A stretch of DNA of 64,000 nucleotides from Petrimonas sp. (GTDB lineage Bacteria; Bacteroidota; Bacteroidia; Bacteroidales; Dysgonomonadaceae), in contig DUNG01000029.1 in NCBI GenBank assembly GCA_012839475.1, forward strand, positions 26,497 through 90,496. Reading direction: 5' to 3'. Each line of letters begins with the position of its first letter. The stretch's first letter is position 1. Shown piece after piece: positions 47,454 through 57,373 of this stretch. Below the pieces are notes generated by a model, which did not search any database, was not told where the DNA came from, and worked only from the letters and a program-made list of their open reading frames with translations. The position numbers were made by a program, and so were the translations under genes.

Positions 47454-47477
47454 AATGTAAAAGAATAAATTAATCGT
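47440..47477 (+). promoter_or_regulatory. Conserved pre-start module (instance 4, upstream of SusC 47478)
   Basis: GTTCCATACACTGAAATGTAAAAGAATAAATTAATCGT followed by ATG. The motif starts 38 nt before the ATG, and its first 23 nt are identical to instance 3. Confidence 0.5.
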
Positions 47478-50400
47478 ATGAAATATCCATTAACAATCCT
47501 ACTGGGATGCCTGCTCTTAACAACGGCAACCCACGCGAAAACCGGCATGAACGCCCATCCGGCACAAGTGACGCAAGAGCGCGAGATAACGGTAAAAGGT
47601 ACAGTTACAGACGAATTGGGCGAACCGCTTCCCGGTGCAACCGTGCAACAAAAGGGAACCGCGCTGGGAACCGTGACCAACTTTGACGGAACCTTCTCCC
47701 TTTCTGTTCCGGCAGAGGCTACCCTCGTCTTTTCGTTTGTTGGGTACACGAGCCTTGAAATGAACGTGGAAGGGAAAACGGAACTGGGCAACATCATGTT
47801 GATACCGGAAACCACGGAATTAGACCAATTGGTAGTCATCGGCTACGGCACGCAACGAAAAGTAGACCTCACGGGATCGGTCGCCATTATCAACACGGAA
47901 GAGCTGAGAAAGGTCTCTCACTCCAACATTTCAACCATGCTCGAGGGGAAGGTTCCCGGCGTTCAAATCACGACCGACGGCCAGCCCGGTGCCAACCCCA
48001 CGGTTCGTATCCGCGGCTTCGGGTCGTTTGGAAGTACCGCACCACTGTACGTGATAGATGGCGTACCCATGGGGACGACCATCCGTGACTTCTCACCCAA
48101 CGACATTGAGACGATTCAGGTGCTTAAAGACGCTTCCGCCGCGGCCATTTACGGCTCCCGCGCGGCCAACGGCGTCGTGATCATCACCACGAAACAGGGG
48201 GCAAAGAATAAGCCCATGAAGATAGATTACAGTGGCTACTTTGGTACCGACCGGGTTCAAAAAGGCGTTTACGATGTGATGGACGCTCATCAATACGGCC
48301 TCTACACCACCATGGCTTACCACAACAGCAACATGGAGGCACCCGCCGGGTACGACCCTGCCAGTGAGAAATACATCGACCCCAACGAGGTAAACACCAA
48401 CTGGTTTAACGAGTCGTTCAAAACGGGTATCCGACAGAATCACAACGTCAACCTGTCGGGAGGAGGCAACAACAACACTTACAACATCGGGTTAGACTAT
48501 TACAATCAGGAGGGAACCATGATGGGTGCCGGTCCAAACTTCGAGCGGTACACGGCACGTGTGAACAACACTATGGACGTTAAATTCGTAAAGATTCAAA
48601 CAAACGTCGTGTATAGCCACAGCGACCAAGACAACATGGCCCTTAGCAACGCGAACGAGTACGTGCAGGGACTGTATGGTGCCCAATACCCCGTGATGGC
48701 TTCCGCACTGCTACTGCCCCCAACCATCAAGGCGTATGACGAGTCCACCTGGATACTGGATGACAAAATCCCAGCGGCATCGCAATACACGTATGACTCT
48801 TACGGCTTCGGCACCTATTACGACGATGTTCATGGTGACTTGCGGGTTACCAACGTGCTGCTCACCAACTCTCTTTTAGAAAGGAACACGGTGGTTGACC
48901 GGCTAGTGGCCTCGGGCTCGGTTAATGTGGACCTCATGGACATGGTGGGCCGCAAACAAGATAATCACACGCTCGACTATAAACTTAACTTGTCGTACAG
49001 CAAAACCTTTGCCAAGGATTTCACGTTCGTGCCCGCATTTATCCAGAGCACGACAAACTACCTATCCAAAAGCAACGAGACGCTATCACAAGGCTACCGC
49101 AATTACAGCGATGCACTAGTCGAGAACCTCCTGACGTACGACGGCAGAGTTGGGCGAAATCACGTGAACGTGGTCGTGGGACAAACCTTCCAGCGGGAAC
49201 TCTACCACACGCTCACCGGAAAAGGGGTAAACCTACCTGAGCCTTACTACTTGCAAGTAAACAACGCGGAGGAAACCTCCTCGAACAGCTATGAAAGTGA
49301 ACACGTGCTGGCATCCTATATTGGCCGCTTGAATTACAACTTCGACGAGAAATATCTCCTCTCGGCCACGGTACGTCGGGACGGCTCAAGCCGCCTCTCA
49401 TCCAACGACCGCTGGGGATGGTTCCCCTCGGTATCGGCCGGGTGGCGCATCGAACGGGAAGAGTTCTTTAACGTGGATCCAGCCACCATCAACCTGCTGA
49501 AAGTTAGAGGCAGCTACGGGGAGCTTGGAAACGAGAACATTGGTGAATACCAATACATGGATGTGATGGCAAGGGGCAACTACACCTACAGCTTTGGGAA
49601 TAACAAGGTAACCGGCTCGGCCATATCGAACTACGTCAACACCGCCATCCGATGGGAAAAGAAGAAGATGCTCGATGTTGGCATCGACCTCGGGATGTTT
49701 AACAACCAACTGGAATTCACGGTCGATTGGTACAAATCCATATCGGAAGACCTGCTCTATAGCGTGGCAGTACCGGCCAACGCGGGGGCAACCAACGCAA
49801 CGGTCACGATGAACGCGGCCACGATGGAAAACTCGGGATTCGAGTACCAGCTGACCTACCGCAACCGCCACAACGCCCTCAAGTACGATATCTCCGCTAA
49901 CCTATCCACCTTAACGAACAAAGTGACAAAGCTCGGGGTTTCGGGTGAACCGCGTACCGACGGATTCTGCCGCACGGAAGTGGGTCGTGAAGTGGGCTCG
50001 TTCTACGGGTATGTCTACGAGGGTATCTTCCAATCGCAAGCAGAGATCGACAACCGCGTCAACGCTGAGGGGTTGTACATCAATCAGCCGGGAGCTCAAC
50101 CGGGCGACGTGGCGTACGCCGACATCAACAACGACGGGGAGATTACCAACGAAGACCGGACCTACCTGGGTAGCGGAATACCAAAAGTTCACTTTGGATT
50201 GAGCGCACGCGTGGAATGGAAAGGTTTCGACTTGAGCCTATCGACCTACGGAGCTGCCGGGTTCAAGGTGGTCGATTTCGTTGACATCACCTTACGAAGC
50301 TCGTACGGGATGCTGAACAAAAGCGTTGAAATGCTGAACGCGTGGACACCGGAGAACGTGAATACCAACGTACCCCGCGTAGCGTATAAATCCACCGGAT

Positions 50401-50675
50401 CCATTACCAACGATATGTTCAGCAAACGTTACCTGCAAAACGGGAACTACCTGAAGATCGCCAACGTCTCGCTAGGCTACAACTTCCCCGACAACTGGTT
50501 TAAAGGTCACGTGAACAACGTACGCGTGTACGTTTCGGGACAAAATTTAGCCACGCTCAGCAAATACCGGGGATACAACATCGATTTTGCCGGAGGTACG
50601 TTCACCCCGGGCTATAACTACTCTTCGTACCCAACCCCTAGAACCTTCATGGTTGGTGCAAACTTTTCATTCTAA
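47478..50675 (+). CDS. SusC/RagA-family TonB-dependent transporter
   Basis: Signal peptide. Carboxypeptidase-regulatory-like N-terminal domain (ITVKGTVTDELGEPLPGATVQQKGT..TNFDGTFSL), plug (VVIGYGTQRK; DIETIQVLKDASAAAIYGSRAANGVVIITTK). Barrel ends in ...VGANFSF. Confidence 0.93.
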   Translation: MKYPLTILLGCLLLTTATHAKTGMNAHPAQVTQEREITVKGTVTDELGEPLPGATVQQKGTALGTVTNFDGTFSLSVPAEATLVFSFVGYTSLEMNVEGKTELGNIMLIPETTELDQLVVIGYGTQRKVDLTGSVAIINTEELRKVSHSNISTMLEGKVPGVQITTDGQPGANPTVRIRGFGSFGSTAPLYVIDGVPMGTTIRDFSPNDIETIQVLKDASAAAIYGSRAANGVVIITTKQGAKNKPMKIDYSGYFGTDRVQKGVYDVMDAHQYGLYTTMAYHNSNMEAPAGYDPASEKYIDPNEVNTNWFNESFKTGIRQNHNVNLSGGGNNNTYNIGLDYYNQEGTMMGAGPNFERYTARVNNTMDVKFVKIQTNVVYSHSDQDNMALSNANEYVQGLYGAQYPVMASALLLPPTIKAYDESTWILDDKIPAASQYTYDSYGFGTYYDDVHGDLRVTNVLLTNSLLERNTVVDRLVASGSVNVDLMDMVGRKQDNHTLDYKLNLSYSKTFAKDFTFVPAFIQSTTNYLSKSNETLSQGYRNYSDALVENLLTYDGRVGRNHVNVVVGQTFQRELYHTLTGKGVNLPEPYYLQVNNAEETSSNSYESEHVLASYIGRLNYNFDEKYLLSATVRRDGSSRLSSNDRWGWFPSVSAGWRIEREEFFNVDPATINLLKVRGSYGELGNENIGEYQYMDVMARGNYTYSFGNNKVTGSAISNYVNTAIRWEKKKMLDVGIDLGMFNNQLEFTVDWYKSISEDLLYSVAVPANAGATNATVTMNAATMENSGFEYQLTYRNRHNALKYDISANLSTLTNKVTKLGVSGEPRTDGFCRTEVGREVGSFYGYVYEGIFQSQAEIDNRVNAEGLYINQPGAQPGDVAYADINNDGEITNEDRTYLGSGIPKVHFGLSARVEWKGFDLSLSTYGAAGFKVVDFVDITLRSSYGMLNKSVEMLNAWTPENVNTNVPRVAYKSTGSITNDMFSKRYLQNGNYLKIANVSLGYNFPDNWFKGHVNNVRVYVSGQNLATLSKYRGYNIDFAGGTFTPGYNYSSYPTPRTFMVGANFSF

Positions 50676-50694
50676 CAACCTAAACAATTTCCGC

Positions 50695-52449
50695 ATGAAA
50701 CGTTATAACATACTCTTTATACTAGGGCTCCTCGTGACAGGCTTTACAGCTTGCAACGATGCACTCAACGTGGTAAACCCAAACAATCAGACGACCTACG
50801 ATTTCGGCAACACGGAATCTGAACTTAACGAGGCCATCATCGCGTGTTATAACCGCATCCGGTTAGAAGGCACCTTCGCCAGGGTGGGTTACACGATGGA
50901 CGCCGTGCGTGGCGATGAGGTATGGAACTCATCACAACAGTGGTACCTGGAGTACGACAACCTGAACTCACCGGGTACCATCGAGATAGGCGACCAATGG
51001 ATATGGCGCGACTGGTATCATGTAGTAAACCGCACGAACTTCGTGCTGTCGAAAGTAGACGAAGTAAAGATGTCGACTGACTCGTATAACCAGATCGCGG
51101 GGCAGGCACTCTTCCTCAGGTCGTTAGCTTATTACCACCTCTCTACCTATTACCAAACGGTACCCCTGATCACCGACTACGCGTCCTATTCTGACATCAA
51201 CACCATGTACGCGTCTAACAACACGCAAGACGAGGTGTTCGACCAAATAGAACTGGACTTGACGAAAGCGATGGAGATGCTTCCCTCACGCGACAAAGGG
51301 GGTGAGTGGGCACAGGGACGTGCCACATGCGGCGCTGCTGCCGGCTACATGGCACGTGCGCTGATGTTCCGCCATAAATTTGAAGAAGCGTACACGGTGC
51401 TGAAAGATATCATCGCCGGTAAGTACGGCCGTTACGAGCTCATGGCCGATTATGGCGACAACTTTAAAGAGGGTTCCGCTTATGAAAACAACCCGGAGAG
51501 CCTCTTTGAGGTGCAGTTCATGGACTACGGCACGGGAGGTACCGACGAAGAGTGGACACCGGTAAACATCAGCTCTCAAGCCACCCAGGGTCACGCGGTA
51601 GAGAGTAATTACGCGTCCCAAGAGCTGGGAAGCTGGGGCGACCTTGCTGGCTCACCTTGGCTGTACAACCTTTTCAGAAAAGAGAACTCGACCGATGGGC
51701 GCCTCGATCCCCGCTTGTATTGGACACTGGTCACATACGAAGAGGAGTACAGCACCTACACCGGTCAGAAAACAGCCGCTTACCCAAATGGCGACCCTCG
51801 GTGTAACATTATCTACCAAAATGAAATAACCAAAACGCCCCTATCGAACAACGCCCAAGGAGGAATATCCATCGCGAAGTTCACCAACGCGAGGAACAAC
51901 ATTTACAGCAGTATCACCAACGGGCTGCATTGCGGTATCAACCTCCGCCTTATGCGGTATAGCGACGTCTTGCTACGCGCGGCAGAGTGTGAGAACGAGA
52001 TCAACGGACCCACGCAGACGGCCATCGATTACATCAACCAAGTACGCAGGCGCGTTGCACTGGAAGACCTCAAGGTTGCGGATTTCCCAACCGCCGACGC
52101 GCTGTTCGAGCAGATCGCGAACGTTGAACGTCCTAAAGAGTTCGGGTGCGAAAACGGGCGCGGGATCGATTTAATCCGCTGGGGTTTCTTCTACAGTGAA
52201 GATCGCCTGAACCAATTGATCGAGCATGGCTATTACAGGCTCGATGGCACGGCGTCGACCGAGGAGCTCACCGCGGAAACGGCTACGGCCTCCTCCTTCC
52301 AATACTATTACAAGGGGCACGAATATTTCCCAATCCATCAATCCACCTTGAACGCCAACCCCAACCTCGTGGGCAACTCGGCAAACAAGAACGAAGATAA
52401 CGGTCCGGCTTTCAGGGAGAAATGGAACATACGTCCCGTTGTGAAATAG
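50695..52449 (+). CDS. SusD/RagB-family lipoprotein
   Basis: The lipoprotein signal starts at Met37 of the track ORF (MKRYNILFILGLLVTGFTAC). RYSDVLLRAAECENE segment typical of SusD. The upstream extension would overlap SusC. Confidence 0.9.
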   Translation: MKRYNILFILGLLVTGFTACNDALNVVNPNNQTTYDFGNTESELNEAIIACYNRIRLEGTFARVGYTMDAVRGDEVWNSSQQWYLEYDNLNSPGTIEIGDQWIWRDWYHVVNRTNFVLSKVDEVKMSTDSYNQIAGQALFLRSLAYYHLSTYYQTVPLITDYASYSDINTMYASNNTQDEVFDQIELDLTKAMEMLPSRDKGGEWAQGRATCGAAAGYMARALMFRHKFEEAYTVLKDIIAGKYGRYELMADYGDNFKEGSAYENNPESLFEVQFMDYGTGGTDEEWTPVNISSQATQGHAVESNYASQELGSWGDLAGSPWLYNLFRKENSTDGRLDPRLYWTLVTYEEEYSTYTGQKTAAYPNGDPRCNIIYQNEITKTPLSNNAQGGISIAKFTNARNNIYSSITNGLHCGINLRLMRYSDVLLRAAECENEINGPTQTAIDYINQVRRRVALEDLKVADFPTADALFEQIANVERPKEFGCENGRGIDLIRWGFFYSEDRLNQLIEHGYYRLDGTASTEELTAETATASSFQYYYKGHEYFPIHQSTLNANPNLVGNSANKNEDNGPAFREKWNIRPVVK

Positions 52450-52497
52450 GAAATTTTCTGCTATATTTAACGCCTGCTCATTCATTTAATAAAAAGT

Positions 52498-54168
52498 ATG
52501 AGACAAACAAAGGCATCCATTTTTTTCATTGGGTTAATCGTCCTGTTGATAGCGGGGTGCGAAAAGGAAGTTATCGACCTTAACGGGGAAAACGATAAAC
52601 CACAACCCGAAAAGAAATGGAGCCCCCCGGGCTACGCCGACGACTACTCGCCCATCGCCTCCTGGTCTAAGAGGAACCAATGGAACCTGGCCAACGTGCA
52701 CGACCCTACGGTAGCTTACTACAACGGGTATTACTACATGTACGGTACCGACGCCTCCTACGGGAACGAGCACGAGGGACATGGCCACTTTCAAGGAAAG
52801 CGTTCAACCGACCTAGTTAATTGGGAGTGGGTGGGCGGCCCGTTTTACGAGACCCCATCATGGGTTGCCGATTCGCTGAACGCCATCCGCTCGCGTATGG
52901 GTCTCAACGCGATTCCCGAGAACCAAATACGTTACGGCCACTGGGCACCGGTTGTACGTCGGATCAACGTGGGGGGGCAAGAGATCTTGCGCATGTACTA
53001 CTCCATCATTATCGACAACTACATTAAAACCGGCAAAGCCAATACCACAACCAATTTTGATGGAAGTTGGACGGAACGCGCATTCATCGGCATGTGCGAA
53101 TCAACCGACCCCGCCGGGGCCAATTGGATCGATAAAGGTTTCGTCACAACCTCCTCTTCCGACCGGGGCAAAGATTTCAGCCGTAGCAGTCCATCGGACT
53201 GGAACGGCTACTTCTATTACAACGCCATCGACCCTACCTACATCGTAACGCCCGAGGGGAAACACTTCCTGGCATACGGTTCGTGGCATAGCGGCTTCGC
53301 CCTGATGGAAGTAGATGGAGTCACCGGTAAGCCACGTGACGAGCTTGGTGAACCCTATGCCGATAACGCGGCCGAGCTCACGAAGCGGTATGGTGTGAGA
53401 ATCGGGACACGCGCATCCTCATCTCGTTGGCAAGCCAGCGAGGCACCCGAAATAATCTACAAAAATGGGTATTACTACCTGTTTATGGCTTACGATGCCC
53501 TGGACGTACCCTACAACACGCGCGTGGTAAGGAGTTCCCGTATTGAGGGACCTTACCTTGACATCACCGGGCGCAACTTCACCGATGGACGAGGTGATGC
53601 CTACCCTATCGTCACCCACCCCTACAAATTCAACCATAGCCACGGGTGGGTAGGCTTATCACATTGCGCCATCTTTCAAAAGGAAGGTAGCAACGAATGG
53701 TTCTACGCGTCGCAAGGGCGACTACCCGTTAACGTGGGTGGAAACGCCTACTCCAACGCCATCATGATGGGGCACGTGCGTCGCCTTGTCTGGTGCCCGG
53801 CATCAGCAGATGAACCAGACAACTTATGGCCCATCGCGTTACCCGAACGGTATGGTGCCGTACCTGATTACGGCACAATAACCAAGGATTCACTGGTAGG
53901 AACGTGGGAACATATTAAACTTGAATATAGCTACGGGCAACAAAACCGAGCCACCTCCCTAACCCTACACGCGAACGGCACCCTATCGGGAACACTCTCG
54001 GGCAACTGGAGCTATAACGAGACGAAAAAACAACTCACGTTGGGCAACGTGATCGTGTGCGTTGAACGAGAAGTCGATTGGGAAACCACACCCCGTCGTG
54101 CAACGCTGGTATACGCGGGCACCGAAAAAAACTTGAACGCAACCTACTGGGGTAAAAAGTCGAAGTGA
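52498..54168 (+). CDS. GH43 arabinanase-like lipoprotein with C-terminal domain
   Basis: Lipobox LIAGC. NVHDPTVAYYNGYYYMYGTD, HWAPVV, NAIDPTYIV, YGSWHSGF, SEAPEIIYKNGYYYLFMAYD. Confidence 0.8.
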   Translation: MRQTKASIFFIGLIVLLIAGCEKEVIDLNGENDKPQPEKKWSPPGYADDYSPIASWSKRNQWNLANVHDPTVAYYNGYYYMYGTDASYGNEHEGHGHFQGKRSTDLVNWEWVGGPFYETPSWVADSLNAIRSRMGLNAIPENQIRYGHWAPVVRRINVGGQEILRMYYSIIIDNYIKTGKANTTTNFDGSWTERAFIGMCESTDPAGANWIDKGFVTTSSSDRGKDFSRSSPSDWNGYFYYNAIDPTYIVTPEGKHFLAYGSWHSGFALMEVDGVTGKPRDELGEPYADNAAELTKRYGVRIGTRASSSRWQASEAPEIIYKNGYYYLFMAYDALDVPYNTRVVRSSRIEGPYLDITGRNFTDGRGDAYPIVTHPYKFNHSHGWVGLSHCAIFQKEGSNEWFYASQGRLPVNVGGNAYSNAIMMGHVRRLVWCPASADEPDNLWPIALPERYGAVPDYGTITKDSLVGTWEHIKLEYSYGQQNRATSLTLHANGTLSGTLSGNWSYNETKKQLTLGNVIVCVEREVDWETTPRRATLVYAGTEKNLNATYWGKKSK

Positions 54169-54237
54169 GTAGCCACGTGCAATGCAAAAAACACAGTGCC
54201 AGGGGGTTATGGTCCTGGAATAGTTCCACCAAATGCT

Positions 54238-54279
54238 CATGAAAAACAGCCGTGGAAAGTTGCGCGTTTCATGTTTTTT
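54238..54279 (+). terminator. Weak candidate terminator after GH43 (52498-54168)
   Basis: Stem CATGAAA / TTTCATG with a 22-nt loop, followed by TTTTTT. Confidence 0.3.
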
Positions 54280-54489
54280 CCTTACCTTACCGTAGGAGGC
54301 TTTGTCACCGATTACATCGGCCACTTGTCCGTTATAAACGCTCGACAGGCCACTGTTTTATGCTTGTAACTTTACTGAACTTTTGCGTTCGAGTATTTTG
54401 TTGTTTTAGGCCCGACTTACGAAAGTTGAGTAGCCTTACATGATTTTCCACAACATGCTATTTACTATCAACTTATTATCTGTATTATC

Positions 54490-55758
54490 ATGAAACATAA
54501 ACTGTTAATATCCCTTTTATTCCTGGCCCTCTTAGCGTGCGAAGGCGATGTGATTGATCCCGCGCTGAGGGGTCGCCCCATCGAGCTCTCTGCTGAAATA
54601 GAGGGGATGCGAACCCGCGTCTCCAACTCCTCCTGGGAGAAAGGTGATGCCATCGGCGTTTACATGATCCCGTCAGGGGGTTCACTAAGCTCCTCAGTCC
54701 TTAGAGGTAACGTGAAATACACAACCACGGGTAGCTCTTCGTTCGCACCGGCCAGCGAGAAAGATGAAATCGCATTTCCGTTCAACGGCTCGGACGTCGA
54801 TTTCATCGGTTACTACCCCTACCGAGAAGATCTATCCGATCACAGCTACCCCGTTAACGTTAACGATCAGAACTCCCAAGCCCGGATCGATCTGCTATAC
54901 TCCAATAACGCACGCCGGCTGAACGAGAAAAACCCGAACGTTGCCATGCAGTTCACCCATCAATTGGCAAAGGTGGTGTTGAACATCGAGCCTGGCAAAT
55001 CGATGAACCTGAGCGAACTCAGCGTGATAATCAGCAACGTCAGCATGGAGGCCACGTTCGACCTAACCACCGGCACGCTATCGTCCCCCACGAAACAGGG
55101 AGACATCTACTTCCGAATGGGCAGCGGGGGAACGTTCGCAGAGGCTATCCTGCTGCCCCAAGCTGACTTGAGCGGGGTAAAACTCTGGTTCGTGATTGGC
55201 GACGATGTGGAGGTATATAACTTCTCGTTAAGCGAGGCCCTGGAGATCAACGAGTTCCAACCCGCCACGAAATACACGTACAACGTGATCCTCTTCACGG
55301 ATGAGACAGCCATCACGGCTGAGGGAACGATTACCCCTTGGGTTGAAGGCCCCTCGGTCGCCGTGACCGCCAACCGCACGGAGGAGAAGCCACCCGTGAT
55401 TAAAGGATCGAAAAAAGATCCCTACACCGTGGCGGAGACGCAAGCGAGCCAGGGCGACACAGAAGTTTGGGTGGAAGGCTATATCGTCGGCTACTTCTCT
55501 AGTAGCACGATTAACAGTTTTGTCCCCGGGAGCACGGGTGCCTCTGACACTAATCTGGCACTGGCCGACAGTCAAAACGAAACCGATAAAGAGAAGGTTA
55601 TACCGGTTCAGCTCCCTGCGGGAGCGATTAGAAATGACCTTAACCTAAAGGGCAACCCCGCGAACTTCAATAAAAAGGTAAAGATCAAGGGAAACATCGG
55701 CTCATATTACTCTACCATGGGTCTCCAGAAGGCCAAAGAGTACGAATTTATCGATTAG
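54490..55758 (+). CDS. Fimbrillin-like (Mfa-like) lipoprotein fused to a C-terminal OB-fold-like domain (DUF6359-like, tentative)
   Basis: Lipobox LLAC. WEKGDAIGVYMIP, VDFIGYYPY, IDLLYSN, FTHQLAKVVLNI fimbrillin-like pattern. C-terminus DPYTVAETQ...VWVEGYIVGYF...NLALADS...VKIKGNIGSYYS. Confidence 0.6.
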   Translation: MKHKLLISLLFLALLACEGDVIDPALRGRPIELSAEIEGMRTRVSNSSWEKGDAIGVYMIPSGGSLSSSVLRGNVKYTTTGSSSFAPASEKDEIAFPFNGSDVDFIGYYPYREDLSDHSYPVNVNDQNSQARIDLLYSNNARRLNEKNPNVAMQFTHQLAKVVLNIEPGKSMNLSELSVIISNVSMEATFDLTTGTLSSPTKQGDIYFRMGSGGTFAEAILLPQADLSGVKLWFVIGDDVEVYNFSLSEALEINEFQPATKYTYNVILFTDETAITAEGTITPWVEGPSVAVTANRTEEKPPVIKGSKKDPYTVAETQASQGDTEVWVEGYIVGYFSSSTINSFVPGSTGASDTNLALADSQNETDKEKVIPVQLPAGAIRNDLNLKGNPANFNKKVKIKGNIGSYYSTMGLQKAKEYEFID

Positions 55759-55800
55759 TTGTGTCGCGTGACTCCGCTCGAAAAGACCTTTTTAAACACT

Positions 55801-55890
55801 TGAAGGGAGGCTCGTTGGTCGACACTTTCCGGCGGCATATCGATTTATTGCCATAAAAACTAAAAACGGCGTGAAACGAGCCTCCCTTCA
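55801..55890. repeat. Perfect 16-bp inverted repeat separated by 58 nt, between convergent genes
   Basis: TGAAGGGAGGCTCGTT (55801-55816) and AACGAGCCTCCCTTCA (55875-55890). Confidence 0.95.
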
Positions 55891-55982
55891 GCTTTAATGC
55901 TCGCTTCGCTGATATTTGCTCGCCTCAACAAAGCATTGGCAAGCTAAGTCCTGCATTCGGCTTACGCGAAAATTCTACTGAA

Positions 55983-57281
55983 TTACGCGGGGTCAAGCGT
56001 TAACGCCCTCTTTGCCCAGAAAGTTTGCACCACCCCCCTGGCGAGTAGGTAGAGGATAAAGGAGAACCAGAGGCCGTTATTCCCCCAAACGGGAGTCAAC
56101 GTGAAATAAGCGGCAAAGAAGAGGAGTGATGACAACAGCATTGCGTTGCGCATCTCCTTCGATGCAGTAGCCCCGATGAAGATGCCATCCCAAAGGAAAG
56201 CCGCGAACCCCGTGATGGGGATGAGCAATGTCCAGAACATGTACCCCTTGGCATGGTCGATGATCGAGAGGTCGTTGGTCATCACGCGGAGGATAAGATC
56301 GGGGAAGAGCGCGTAGATCAACACCGCGGCGAGGCTCACCACCGTCCCCCAAAAGAAAATCCGGCGAATCATCCAGCGCAGGTACTCCTCGTTCTTAGCT
56401 CCCACATATCTACCGGTCAGCGCTTCGCCCGCGTAGGCAAATCCATCCATGAAGTAAGAGAAGAGCATGAAGAACTGCATGAGCAGAGCGTTCACCGCCA
56501 GGATGGTCTCACCCATCGCCGAGGAAGCGAAGGTAAAGAAGGTGGTCACCAGGGAGAGCAGGAGGGTACGCACGAAGATATCGCTGTTCACCCGAAAGTA
56601 GTTGCGCATGGCCTGCTTATCCCAAATGGACTCCTTGCGGAAGTACTTCACTAACCGCCGATAGTACCGCCACCAGAACGCGGCTGCCACCAGCAGCGAC
56701 ACCCACTGCGACAGCATGGTCCCCAACGCAATGCCGTCGATCTTCATCCCGAAGCCATAGACGAAGAGAAGGCTCAACACGATGTTGAGCACGTTGTTAA
56801 AGATGGCGATGACCATGGGAGTACGGGCATTCTGCATGCCGATAAACCACCCCTTGAACGCGTACAGGCCCAGCACCGCCGGCGCCCCCCACACCACGAA
56901 GCGAAAGTAGGTCTTCACATGCTGGATCGACTCGGGGCCCGACTGCACCAGTTTGAACGCGAGCGCGCCGATGGGGTACTGCAGTAAGACGATCGCGACT
57001 CCGCTACCCAAGCCAATGGCGAGCGATCGGGCGAACACGTTCATCACCTCCGGCAAGTCTCTCGCGCCGTACGCTTGTGAAGCGAACCCGCTGGAGCTCA
57101 TCCGGAGGAACCCGAAATTCCAGTAGATCATGTTAAATATACTGGAACCCAGTGCGATGGCACCGATATAGACCGCCGAGCCCAACCGACCCGCGATGGC
57201 GATATCGATAATCCCCAGCAGCGGAACCGTTACATTCGTGATGATATTGGGCAGGGCCAGCCTAAAGATTCGTTTATCCAT
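55983..57281 (-). CDS. MATE-family efflux transporter (DinF-like)
   Basis: 12 hydrophobic helices with the typical N-terminus MDKRIFRLALPNIITNVTVPLLGIIDIAIAG. ATG 57281 preferred over the upstream GTG at 57311. Confidence 0.85.
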   Translation of the reverse strand: MDKRIFRLALPNIITNVTVPLLGIIDIAIAGRLGSAVYIGAIALGSSIFNMIYWNFGFLRMSSSGFASQAYGARDLPEVMNVFARSLAIGLGSGVAIVLLQYPIGALAFKLVQSGPESIQHVKTYFRFVVWGAPAVLGLYAFKGWFIGMQNARTPMVIAIFNNVLNIVLSLLFVYGFGMKIDGIALGTMLSQWVSLLVAAAFWWRYYRRLVKYFRKESIWDKQAMRNYFRVNSDIFVRTLLLSLVTTFFTFASSAMGETILAVNALLMQFFMLFSYFMDGFAYAGEALTGRYVGAKNEEYLRWMIRRIFFWGTVVSLAAVLIYALFPDLILRVMTNDLSIIDHAKGYMFWTLLIPITGFAAFLWDGIFIGATASKEMRNAMLLSSLLFFAAYFTLTPVWGNNGLWFSFILYLLARGVVQTFWAKRALTLDPA

Positions 57282-57373
57282 AGAACAAAGTGGGGGCAAA
57301 AACAGTGCCACACGTGAAAGCAGGCTCGTCCTGCCTATCGCCGTCGCGAAAGAGCTCCCCTTAAAAACCCTCG

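Noticed and set aside
50587-50694. N-terminal extension of the SusD ORF that overlaps the end of SusC
   Set aside because: A canonical lipoprotein signal begins at Met37 (ATG 50695). The extension overlaps SusC by 89 nt and has no signal-peptide character.
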